Below, piece after piece: positions 1-8,317 of a DNA stretch of 64,000 nucleotides. The stretch spans positions 1,975-65,974 of the forward strand of contig CALMML010000014.1 of NCBI GenBank assembly GCA_937868485.1, written 5' to 3'. Numbering within the stretch: position 1 is the first letter of the stretch; each line of letters begins with the position of its first letter. A program made the position numbers and the translations under genes. This DNA comes from an uncultured Myxococcales bacterium (GTDB taxonomy: Bacteria > Myxococcota_A > Polyangia > Palsa-1104 > JAEUJZ01). Under the pieces are notes generated by a model, which saw only the letters and a list, made by a program, of their open reading frames with translations, ran no database searches and was not told the DNA's origin.

Positions 1-1895
1 AGCTTGGCTTCTCGCTCGAAGAGTTCGATCGCATCGGGCGCAACCATCGCTGACGGGGACAGCACCTTCACGGCGGCTTCTTTGCCAAGCTCGGTGTGTC
101 GCGCTTTGTAGACCATGCCCATGCCACCTTCGCCGAGTCGCTCGTAGCAGGTGTACTGACCGACGACGAAGGGATCGATCGCGCCTTTGACGGACGCGGG
201 CTCTTGCTGCTTGCCGCTGGGGCTGGTGTCGGCTTCGCTTCCTGCTCGCTGCGTCGTGGCCGCTTGCAAGGCCAGGCGCTGGTCTCGACGAATGATCCAC
301 AGCAGCACCGACGCACCCAGCGCCGCAGCCAGTGCAATCACGAGCAGTGCCACACCCGCCGCTCTCTTGCTTCTGCGAGGACTCGCTGGCGCCGACGCTC
401 TTTCGGCGGACGCAGTGGGCACCGGCAAGACTTCGCCTCCTCCGCTCGCGGGCTCGCCACCCGCCGCGACCGCTGAGGCATCGGGCTTGGGCTTGTTGAC
501 CAGGACCGGCTCTGCCTCCACCGCGCGAGTCCCGGTCGACTCGCCACCTTCGACGCGCGCACCGTTTGCCTTGCCGCCTTTGGACTTGGTGGTTCCAGTC
601 GCGACCCGCTTGGGCTTGGCGACGGTCTTTTTGCCGGTTGCGACCCGTTCCTTGGCTGCTGGGCTCTGGCCGACGCTTGGACGCGCGACCTCTTCGCTGC
701 TGAGATCATCGCTGGCCCGGCTCATGCTGCGCGTCGGACTTGGCGCGGCACCCGGCGGTGCTGGACTTGGCGCGGCACCCGGTGGGGCAGGACTTGGCGC
801 GGCACGCGGTGGCGCAGGACGCGGTGCGGGCTTTTCATCGGCTTCTGCGAACTCATCGTCTGCCCGGACGCTGCGGGCTGGTACGGCCTTGTTCTTGCGA
901 ACGACGTGGGGCTTGTCTTTGGCGGGGACCGGCTTGCTGGATGTTGTCTCGGACGAGGTGGTCTTGGCCGGCGCGCTTCTTTCTTCGTCCGCCGCCACTT
1001 TTTTGTCGTTGTCGCGGGTGTCTGTGACCGCTTCTGTCGCCGGAGCCGGTGCTGGAACTGGAGCCGGTGGAGGCGGCATGGCGGCACCCGGTGCTTCGGC
1101 GCTCCGTCTCATCGACAGCGCGGGCGGCGCGTCTTCATGACTGGGCGCAAGCAGCAGCGCACCCGAGGTCACGAGCACAGCCACCACCGCAAACAAGGCC
1201 AGGACCGTGACCGGACGCTTGACTCGCTGGGCTGGCGGCGACGTCGCTGCCATCGGCGCGGCAGCCAGCACATCGGCTTGCGCAGGACCCCGGCGAAGCC
1301 CGACCGCTCCCGACGCGGCATTTCCTATCCTGGTCCTCGATGGCTCGGCGGCGGCTTGAGCCAGTGCATCGGCCAGCGCGCGCAGCGACTTCGGACGCGC
1401 ATCCGGCTTCTTATCAAGCGCCGCAAGCAGCACATCCGACAGCGCGGGCGACAGGTCTTTGCGAATCAGGTGCGGCTGCTGCGGTCGTTCTAGCAGGACT
1501 TTGATGCGAATCGCCGCGGGACTGCTGCCTTCAAACGGAGCCTGTCCCGTCAGCAGCTGATACGCGAGCGCTGCGACGTGATAGACCGTGCTGGCGACGG
1601 CCTCGGCTTTGCCTGCGAAGACTTCCGGTGCGACGTAGGCTGCGACCACATCCAGCGCGGGATCTTTGGCTGCATCGGCCCCGGATAACAAAAGCGGCGT
1701 GATCGCTCCCAGCGATTCTTCGCCTGCATCGGTGCGGACAAGCTGGGCGTGCGATGGATGAACGAGCCGCGCTTTGCCATCGCTCAGCGTCGGTTCTAGC
1801 GTGTGACACAGCGCCCCAATGATGCGCACCGTGCGTGCGACATCTTGTGTGGTCAGCGTGTCCAGCGTCTGCGCGGCAGGCTCGCTGCTCGACAT
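1..1895 (-). CDS. Ser/Thr protein kinase-like membrane protein, 3'-truncated by the window edge. Order from N to C: degenerate kinase C-lobe, TM helix, Pro/Ala-rich linker, TM helix, canonical kinase N-lobe
   Basis: Hand translation of the minus frame, which has no stop from 1940 down to 1 and strong GC3 bias throughout. ATG at 1893-1895 is preceded by an AGGGGGA RBS. A YVAPE...YQLLTGQAPF...KKPDARP C-lobe-like segment lies at ~1895-1400 (HRD replaced by HPS, no DFG). Hydrophobic helices lie at ~1230-1170 and ~370-300. The GEGGMGMVYKA...AVKVL glycine-loop/VAVK N-lobe lies at ~180-60 and continues past position 1. It is absent from the ORF track because it runs off the window edge. Confidence 0.5.
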   Translation of the reverse strand, partial: MSSSEPAAQTLDTLTTQDVARTVRIIGALCHTLEPTLSDGKARLVHPSHAQLVRTDAGEESLGAITPLLLSGADAAKDPALDVVAAYVAPEVFAGKAEAVASTVYHVAALAYQLLTGQAPFEGSSPAAIRIKVLLERPQQPHLIRKDLSPALSDVLLAALDKKPDARPKSLRALADALAQAAAEPSRTRIGNAASGAVGLRRGPAQADVLAAAPMAATSPPAQRVKRPVTVLALFAVVAVLVTSGALLLAPSHEDAPPALSMRRSAEAPGAAMPPPPAPVPAPAPATEAVTDTRDNDKKVAADEERSAPAKTTSSETTSSKPVPAKDKPHVVRKNKAVPARSVRADDEFAEADEKPAPRPAPPRAAPSPAPPGAAPSPAPPGAAPSPTRSMSRASDDLSSEEVARPSVGQSPAAKERVATGKKTVAKPKRVATGTTKSKGGKANGARVEGGESTGTRAVEAEPVLVNKPKPDASAVAAGGEPASGGGEVLPVPTASAERASAPASPRRSKRAAGVALLVIALAAALGASVLLWIIRRDQRLALQAATTQRAGSEADTSPSGKQQEPASVKGAIDPFVVGQYTCYERLGEGGMGMVYKARHTELGKEAAVKVLSPSAMVAPDAIELFEREAK

Positions 1896-2011
1896 CAAAA
1901 TCCCCCTGGACCTATCGTGCCATAGCGCTGCGTAGACCAGTCAGGGATCGCTGCGTGACGACGGACAGCCCTTCTGCTTGCAGTCCGTCGCGAGACAACT
2001 TCACATCGGCG

Positions 2012-3031
2012 CTAGCTTCGACAGGGATTGCTGACCCGACCGCCCGGTACCACCGAGTCCGTGACCCAGGTGTTGCCGCCGATGATTGCGCCGCGTCCGA
2101 TCACCGTGTCACCACCGAGGATGGTGGCATTCGCATAGATCAGCACGTCGTCTTCGATCGTCGGGTGTCGCTTGCGGTTCTGCTGCTGCCGGGTCTTGCC
2201 CGTCGGTAGGCTCATGGCACCGAGCGTCACACCTTGGTAGATGCGAACGCGGTTGCCGATGATCGACGTCTCGCCGATGACGACGCCGGTGCCGTGATCG
2301 ATGAAGAACGACTTGCCGATCTGTGCGCCGGGATGAATGTCGATGCCGGTCTCGGCGTGCGCTTGCTCGGTCATCATGCGGGGAACGATCTGCGCGCCGA
2401 GCCGAAGCAGCGTGTGTGCGATGCGATAGACCGTCACTGCGCGCACGCCGGGATAACACCACGCGACTTCGATGAGGCTTCGTGCGGCGGGATCTCCCTC
2501 GAACGCGGCTTGGACATCTTGGCGGACATCGTCGCGCAGCGCGGGCACTTGGTTCAGAAACAGTCCCACGATCTCGGTCGCGTCGGCTTGGCACTTGTCA
2601 CACAGCGGCTGCGGTACGGGACAGCCGACGTGAAGCCCACGACAGACTTGCTCGGTCAGCTGGACACGCAGCGACGCAATGCGGCCTTCCAGCCACGATC
2701 GCAGCATCGCAGCCGGCGGCGCCGCACAGCCTTGCGAGCCGGGGAGCATCAGCTCTCGCAGCATCTCCAGCGCGGACGAGACAGCTTGACGAGACGGCAG
2801 CTCATGTCCGGCGGTGAGCAGCACGCCCGTCTGTCGATAGGACGTCGCCAGCGCGTCGGCCAGCTCACAGTTGGACTGCGGAGTTTCCGAAGGCGACGCA
2901 GATGGAGACGGAGAATGGGGTGAAACAGCCTCGGGAGAGACAGCCTCGGCTGGAGTCGCTTGGCGATCTGGGTTCATGGTCTTGTGCAATGTAGCCACGT
3001 TTGTTTCGCGGTCGAGGGCTTCTGCTTGCAC
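2012..3031 (-). CDS. cysE: serine O-acetyltransferase (left-handed beta-helix hexapeptide family), with an N-terminal Pro/Ser-rich extension
   Basis: CysE-like core (…FEGDPAARSLIEVAWCYPG…) followed by hexapeptide repeats (IHPGAQIGKSFFIDHGTGVVIGETSIIGNRVRIYQGVTLG). A shorter start at MNPDRQ (~2977) is possible. Confidence 0.75.
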   Translation of the reverse strand: MQAEALDRETNVATLHKTMNPDRQATPAEAVSPEAVSPHSPSPSASPSETPQSNCELADALATSYRQTGVLLTAGHELPSRQAVSSALEMLRELMLPGSQGCAAPPAAMLRSWLEGRIASLRVQLTEQVCRGLHVGCPVPQPLCDKCQADATEIVGLFLNQVPALRDDVRQDVQAAFEGDPAARSLIEVAWCYPGVRAVTVYRIAHTLLRLGAQIVPRMMTEQAHAETGIDIHPGAQIGKSFFIDHGTGVVIGETSIIGNRVRIYQGVTLGAMSLPTGKTRQQQNRKRHPTIEDDVLIYANATILGGDTVIGRGAIIGGNTWVTDSVVPGGRVSNPCRS

Positions 3032-3064
3032 GATTTTTCGTCGAGAGAAGTCGGTGCGCGTGGC

Positions 3065-3328
3065 TCAGTGTACGCTTGGCAGCGCCGACCAGACCTGCGT
3101 CGCAAAGCCCAGCAGCCGGCCACTCAGGTACGGACCCAGCGCAGCGAGCGTCACGATCCCTAGCAGCAGTCGAACTGCGACGGGCAGCGACGAATCGGTC
3201 ACACCCAGACGTGCTTGCAGCCACGACACGATCAGCGACGCGAGCACTGCAACCAGCAGCACCGGCACGCTCAGCCAGATCGCCAGCCACAGACCCGACG
3301 AAAGAAGCTGAATCAGCGACTCGCTCAT
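3065..3328 (-). CDS. fliQ: FliQ/SctS-family type III export apparatus protein
   Basis: ~87 aa, two TM helices; MSESLIQLLSSGLWLAIWLSVPVLLVAVLASLIVSWLQA… matches the FliQ pattern. Its ATG directly follows the fliP stop. Confidence 0.7.
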   Translation of the reverse strand: MSESLIQLLSSGLWLAIWLSVPVLLVAVLASLIVSWLQARLGVTDSSLPVAVRLLLGIVTLAALGPYLSGRLLGFATQVWSALPSVH

Positions 3329-3936
3329 GACGATCCCAGCAGCAGCCCGCGAAAGAGCAGGGTGAAGCCATCGCACACAAGGAACAGCAGCAGCTTAAAC
3401 GGCAGCGTTACCGTGCGAACGGACAAGCCTTGTAGCTGAATCCCCGACAAAATCAGCGAAGCCAGCAGATCCATCACCAAAAACGGCAAAAGCAGCAGAA
3501 AGCCGAGCTGAAACGCGGTCCGAAGCTCTCCGAGGAGAAATGCCGAAACCAGCGTCGGAAGCTCGTTCGGTTCATAGGCTGCGTTCTGACGCTGCGACAG
3601 CTTGTGGGACAGCGCTTCGAGCTGCGCTTTGTCTCGCGCGGCGGTCCGTTCTTGCAAAAACTGACGCAGCGGCGTGGTTCCCGACGCGAGCAGCTCGGTC
3701 GTGGTCGCCGTCTGGGGCATCGCGTCGAGTGCCGACAGGCTGCGCTTGATGAGCGGAGACATCGCCAGCACCGACAGCACAAGCGCCAGGATCAGGTTCA
3801 CCAGCAGCGGTGGCATCGATCCGCCCAGACCTCGTCGGAGCACTTGCAGCACGATCGCCGCCTTCACATAGGCCAAAAGCGACAGCAGCACAAACAGCAG
3901 CGTCGGCAAAAGTGCGCGCACAAGCTCCACTGTCAT
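3325..3936 (-). CDS. fliP: FliP/SctR-family type III export apparatus protein
   Basis: Conserved FliP blocks: VLQVLRRGLGGSMPPLLVNLILALVLSVLAMSPL and FQLGFLLLLPFLVMDLLASLIL…TLPFKLLLFLVCDGF. Its ATG (3934-3936) shares 2 nt with the fliO stop (ATGA coupling). Confidence 0.8.
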   Translation of the reverse strand: MTVELVRALLPTLLFVLLSLLAYVKAAIVLQVLRRGLGGSMPPLLVNLILALVLSVLAMSPLIKRSLSALDAMPQTATTTELLASGTTPLRQFLQERTAARDKAQLEALSHKLSQRQNAAYEPNELPTLVSAFLLGELRTAFQLGFLLLLPFLVMDLLASLILSGIQLQGLSVRTVTLPFKLLLFLVCDGFTLLFRGLLLGSS

Positions 3937-4277
3937 GATCGAGAACCTTCGACGCTGGACACTGGCCACGTCGTCGGAACCAGCGACAGCTTGCTGTCTG
4001 GGCCGGGGACAAGGGCAGGTGCGGACAGACTGGGCGGCTCGTTTGCTGGATGCAGCTCACACAGCGTCGATAAGCCTTGCGGTGATGCCCCGAGCAGCAG
4101 CGATCGACCTTCTACCTTCACCACAAACAGCGAGTGCGAGGCCGACAGCCTCTTTTCGGCGACCACGTCAATCGGACCTGGACGCTGGGCTCGCTGACTT
4201 TTTCGCCACACCAGCAGCAGCACGCACATTCCCAGCACCACCAGCGCCGCGCGGCCAAGCAGTCCCAACAGTGTCAT
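3933..4277 (-). CDS. fliO: FliO-like small single-TM protein
   Basis: 114 aa from ATG at 4275-4277 with a GGGGGGAGAG RBS upstream. N-terminal TM (LLGLLGRAALVVLGMCVLLLVW) followed by a SLFVVKVEGRSLLLGASPQGLSTLCEL block typical of FliO. Position immediately upstream of fliP is as in flagellar fliOPQR. Confidence 0.5.
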   Translation of the reverse strand: MTLLGLLGRAALVVLGMCVLLLVWRKSQRAQRPGPIDVVAEKRLSASHSLFVVKVEGRSLLLGASPQGLSTLCELHPANEPPSLSAPALVPGPDSKLSLVPTTWPVSSVEGSRS

Positions 4278-4449
4278 GGACTCTCCCCCCGACGCGTTGC
4301 AAAGCTGGGCCAGCATCCTTTGATGAGAAGCTAGTGGCCCATCCGGTGTCAAGGCAGATGCCGGTCTAGTGCATACGATGCTGCGGAATCGGTGTGGGCG
4401 ACGGTAGAGACGGGCGGGTAGACGTAGGAAACGGGCGCGGACTGTGCGA

Positions 4450-7224
4450 CTACTGCGTGAGCAGCAGCCCAAGTCGTGCGTAGCGAATGCCGCTCGGCAA
4501 GCTTCCGAGCAGCGCTTCGGCCAGCTCGACGGGACGCACGCCACCTTGGTTGTCGATGCGAACGCGCGCGCGAACCACTTCGTAGTCGGATGACCAGCCC
4601 AGCTCGTCGCGCACCGACGCGGACTTTGGACCTTCGAGGCGCTCGGCTTCCATCAAAAACTGCTGTACGTCGACGCGCTTGGCTTCGCTGCCGGACTTTC
4701 CAGGTCGCTCGACGATAAGTGGCCGCTGCGACCAGGTATCAATCTGTCCGAGCGCACTCTTCATATCCGTCGAGACATCGTCGGTGGGAACGCCAATCGC
4801 AAAGTCCGCCGCTGTGATGAGCCGCGAGACCGCTTTGTCTTCGGGCTGAAGCAGCGTCACCTCATCGACGAGAAAGCCTTCCGGCGCTGCGGACCGAAGC
4901 CGCTGCTTGAGCTCGTCGGCGCTGATGACCTCACCGGTTTCCTTCAGGCGCTCCAGTCGCAGATCGACGACTTCCCCGAGGCTCATCACCCCAAGTCCGA
5001 GCGCTGGACCAAACACCATGTCGGGCTTGGGATGAAAGCCGCGCGTATAAATCGGCTCGCAGCCCGCCCGTCGCAGCATGCGCTGAAGCAGCCGCATCGC
5101 GTCGAGATGTCCAATAAACGCCGCCCGTCCGAGCTTGCGATAACGCAGCCGATAGCGCTGGCCTTCGCTCTGGGCAAACGCGGCCTTTTTCCGAGGCTGA
5201 CCACGCTCGGCTTGCTCTTGCGCAACCTCTTCGTTTGGACGCGGCGCCGTCGTCGGTCGCTTGTCCGCCCCGAGCTTGCGCAGCGCCACCAGTCGGTCCG
5301 TCCGCATCTGCGTCAGGTCACAGGCAATGCCACAGTCGAAACAGACCAGCTTGCGCTCATCGGCGAGCGCGTCTTCGGCGTTGCTGTGATGCAAGAGCGA
5401 TCCAAACGGCTTGCCACACGGCGGCGACAGCTTGTCTTTGAGCGCTTTTTTGTACTCGCTGCGCAAAAAGCCGTCTTCCATCCCGATGTCGATGTGATCC
5501 CAGGGCAAGCGTGCCGACAGCGGCAGCGTCATAAAGTACGGCTCAGGATCGATGCCCACTTCCGCGATCGCTTCGTGCCACACGGCAATGTTGAACTGAT
5601 CGTCCCAGCTATCGAAGCGCGCGCCTTTGCGATGGGCCAGCTCAATCACGTCGGCGAGTTGCTGGTCCCCGCGTGAAAACACGCCTTCGAGCCACGACAT
5701 CTGCTTTTCGTGGTACTTGAAGTCGATGCGCTCTCGACGAGCCAGCTCGCGCAGGAGCTGCTGCTTGCGTCCGAGGTCGGCCAAGCTGTCCTGCTGACAC
5801 CACTGAAACGGCGTGTGCGGCTTGGGCACGTGGCTGGACACCGACACCGTAACTTCAGCGTCTCGACGGATGCGACGACCCACTTTGCGCAGACGAACGG
5901 CGGTTTCGATGATGCCCGCGACATCTTCGTCCGTTTCCGTCGGAAGACCGATCATGAAGTACAGCTTCATGCGCGACCAGCCTCGGGAAAATACGTTTTC
6001 CGCCGATCGACTGATGTCTTCCTCGGTGATGTTCTTGTTGATGACGTCGCGCATCCGCTGCGTGCCCGCTTCGGGGGCGAACGTCAGTCCGGTGGCGCGT
6101 ACACTCGACATCTCGTCGAGGATTTCCGGGGACAAGCCGTAGGCACGCAGCGACGAAACGGACAGCGAGACGCGCTCTTCACGCAGTCGACCCATCACCT
6201 TCTTCATCAGCGGCAAGATGCACGAAAAGTCCGCCGTCGACAGCGAGGTGAGCGAAGTCTCGTCGTAACCGCCGCGCTTGATGCTGGACACCACCGAATC
6301 GACGATGGACTCGGGATCGCGCTCGCGCACGGGACGATAGATCATGCCGGCTTGGCAGAAGCGACAGCCCTCGGTGCAGCCTCGGGCGATTTCAATGCTG
6401 GCGCGATCGAAGATGGCTTCGGCGTACGGAACCGGCGTATCCGACGGAAAGGGAAACTCGTTGAGGTTCGGCACGTAGACGCGAGTGACTCGCTCGGGAA
6501 CGCGCGGATCGAGCGGCTTGCCGACAACTTGCCGTCCCGTCTGTTCGTCAATGGTCAGCGAATACAGCGACGGAACGTACAGATAGCCGCGCTCCGCCAG
6601 GCGAATCAAGCGCTCTCGACGAGGAATGCCTTCTCGCTTCCAGCGCGCCCAGTCGAGCAACACCTCGGGCAGCACCTGCTCTGCTTCGCCAATCAAGATG
6701 CAGTCGAAAAACGGCGCGATCGGCTCGGGATGCGTCGCGACAGGACCACCAGCGAGCACCAGCGGATGTTCTTCGCCTCGATCGACGCTGCGCAGCGGGA
6801 TTCCGCCCAGCTCAAGCAGCGTCAGGCAGTTGGTATACGTCAGCTCGTACTGGAGCGACATCCCGACGACATCAAAGTCCTTGAGCGGCCGGGCCGACTC
6901 CAGCGACACGAGCGGCAGCTTCCGCTTGCGCAGCTCTTTTTCCATGTCCACCCACGGCGTAAACGTTCGCTCGCACAAGATGCGCGCGTCGCGGTTTAGC
7001 AGCGAGTAGAGGATCTTGGTCCCGAGGTGAGACATGCCGATCTCGTAGACATCGGGAAAGGCAAGTGCGACACGGACATCGACGCTGTCGAAGTCTTTGC
7101 GTACCGATTGGTACTCACCGCCCAGGTAGCGGGCCGGCTTGTCGACAAGCGAGATAAACTCCGAGTACGGGTGATTGAGCAGCAGCATCGACGGTGGTGT
7201 ATCCAGAATGTGACGTAACGTCAA
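4450..7224 (-). CDS. fused radical SAM protein (TIGR03960-like N-terminal rSAM plus TIGR03936/DUF2344-like C-terminal domain)
   Basis: N-terminal PARYLGGEYQSV…FPDVYEIGMSHLG signature and a CxxxCxxC cluster (ARGCTEGCRFCQAG). The C-terminal YRLRYRKLGRAAFIGHLDAMRLLQRMLRRAG…GFHPKPDM segment is DUF2344-like. Confidence 0.8.
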   Translation of the reverse strand: MTLRHILDTPPSMLLLNHPYSEFISLVDKPARYLGGEYQSVRKDFDSVDVRVALAFPDVYEIGMSHLGTKILYSLLNRDARILCERTFTPWVDMEKELRKRKLPLVSLESARPLKDFDVVGMSLQYELTYTNCLTLLELGGIPLRSVDRGEEHPLVLAGGPVATHPEPIAPFFDCILIGEAEQVLPEVLLDWARWKREGIPRRERLIRLAERGYLYVPSLYSLTIDEQTGRQVVGKPLDPRVPERVTRVYVPNLNEFPFPSDTPVPYAEAIFDRASIEIARGCTEGCRFCQAGMIYRPVRERDPESIVDSVVSSIKRGGYDETSLTSLSTADFSCILPLMKKVMGRLREERVSLSVSSLRAYGLSPEILDEMSSVRATGLTFAPEAGTQRMRDVINKNITEEDISRSAENVFSRGWSRMKLYFMIGLPTETDEDVAGIIETAVRLRKVGRRIRRDAEVTVSVSSHVPKPHTPFQWCQQDSLADLGRKQQLLRELARRERIDFKYHEKQMSWLEGVFSRGDQQLADVIELAHRKGARFDSWDDQFNIAVWHEAIAEVGIDPEPYFMTLPLSARLPWDHIDIGMEDGFLRSEYKKALKDKLSPPCGKPFGSLLHHSNAEDALADERKLVCFDCGIACDLTQMRTDRLVALRKLGADKRPTTAPRPNEEVAQEQAERGQPRKKAAFAQSEGQRYRLRYRKLGRAAFIGHLDAMRLLQRMLRRAGCEPIYTRGFHPKPDMVFGPALGLGVMSLGEVVDLRLERLKETGEVISADELKQRLRSAAPEGFLVDEVTLLQPEDKAVSRLITAADFAIGVPTDDVSTDMKSALGQIDTWSQRPLIVERPGKSGSEAKRVDVQQFLMEAERLEGPKSASVRDELGWSSDYEVVRARVRIDNQGGVRPVELAEALLGSLPSGIRYARLGLLLTQ

Positions 7225-7245
7225 GTGAGAGGCGAAGCGAGCCGC

Positions 7246-7860
7246 TTATTGACTGGGCAGCGCCGGGGCACAGCAGCCGTGAAAGCCGTTTTGGCCAGGC
7301 ATCGGATGCGGTGCGCGGACTTCGGGCTCTCGCTCGACGAGCCCTTTGAGCGTCGCCAGGTTTTCGTTCATCGCTCGCTCGACATCGCGCTGAAACAGCG
7401 GCGTGAGCAGTCGAATCATCAGGTCTTTGTAGTGAGAGTTTGCGCGCTGCGTCAGCGTCGTTGCGGTTCCGTGTGGTCCCTGATGCTCCGTCAGGACGTA
7501 GTCAATTGTGTCGGTAAACTCCGCATGCTCGATGCGAATCTGGAGCGAGCTGGGCGGCTGCATCGCCGTCACTTCGCTGGTGACTTCGTGTCGATGACCG
7601 CCAATCGACATCACAACTTGAGCACGTCGTCCGACGCGCAGCTCTTCGCTCGACTGAAACGACTCCATGCCCGACACCCACTTCATCAGCAGCGGTCCCG
7701 TCGTCAAATACGGATAGATCGTGCTCGCGGAGCGCTCAAGCTCGATGCTGGCTTGGGTGTTTACCTGCGTTCTTCCACCGCCGAGCAGCACCATCACACC
7801 CACAAATGCGATGAGCAGCAGTCCCACCACCGAGCCAATTCGCACCAGCCACTTGATCAT
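7246..7860 (-). CDS. membrane-anchored SRPBCC/polyketide-cyclase-like hypothetical protein
   Basis: Probable start MIKWLVRIG followed by a TM helix; the rest is weakly SRPBCC-like. A long plus-strand ORF opposite it is an antisense shadow. Confidence 0.35.
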   Translation of the reverse strand: MIKWLVRIGSVVGLLLIAFVGVMVLLGGGRTQVNTQASIELERSASTIYPYLTTGPLLMKWVSGMESFQSSEELRVGRRAQVVMSIGGHRHEVTSEVTAMQPPSSLQIRIEHAEFTDTIDYVLTEHQGPHGTATTLTQRANSHYKDLMIRLLTPLFQRDVERAMNENLATLKGLVEREPEVRAPHPMPGQNGFHGCCAPALPSQ

Positions 7861-8033
7861 GAGCACTCCTTTGTAGGTGGGGCGTGTATAGCGAACCTCT
7901 GCGTACGTCAAGGTTGGCCTCGCTGCTTTGCTTTACCTCGCACGAGAAAACGCGATACGCTGAAAATAAGAAGCAATCTGGCCGCGCGATCTGTCCTCTA
8001 AGAGGCAAGTGCGGTTTGGGAAGGAAAAGGACC

Positions 8034-8174
8034 ATGCCTGATCAACCGGTTGAGAGCGAATCCCCGCCCGAGGTGGCCCTGTCGAGTGATGAAAGTCGTG
8101 GCCGTGACGGCGATCCCAATCCCAACACGGATGAACAGAATGATCCCGGCAGCGAGCTTCAGCAGCGCGCGTAA
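8034..8174 (+). CDS. small acidic hypothetical peptide (~46 aa)
   Basis: ATG at 8034 preceded by GGGAAGGAAAAGGACC. Product MPDQPVESESPPEVALSSDESRGRDGDPNPNTDEQNDPGSELQQRA, in a 450-bp gap between genes. Confidence 0.2.
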   Translation: MPDQPVESESPPEVALSSDESRGRDGDPNPNTDEQNDPGSELQQRA

Positions 8175-8317
8175 CGCGGTCTGATTCCCTCGCTTGGTGA
8201 GAGCCGCTTGCTCTCGTTTGCCTCGCGACCGCTTCGATTGTCCGTGTTGTCTGCTGGCCATTGCGATTACGCTGCGCAGCAGCTCCGCTCTGTGTTCATC
8301 CACCAAAGGAGAGCGTC

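Noticed and set aside
187-1140. 317-aa plus-strand low-complexity ORF (and other plus/minus ORFs at 96-1493)
   Set aside because: Gly/Ala/Leu low-complexity translation opposite the coding-biased minus frame that holds the kinase-like ORF. Antisense shadow typical of high-GC DNA.
3933-4544. Full 203-aa ORF-track version of the FliO-like gene
   Set aside because: The upstream 89 codons are Cys/Arg-rich with no RBS and overlap nothing conserved. The ATG at 4277 has a strong RBS and yields the expected TM-plus-FliO-block protein.
5710-6999. 429-aa plus-strand ORF inside the rSAM gene; similar long antisense ORFs at 8360-9745, 23014-24582, 31500-32636, 36320-37675, 39072-40127, 40645-41691, 51896-53137 and 63139-63705
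   Set aside because: Each lies entirely opposite a gene with strong family signatures. Their translations are Arg/Gln/His-rich with no recognisable domains. Classic high-GC shadow ORFs.
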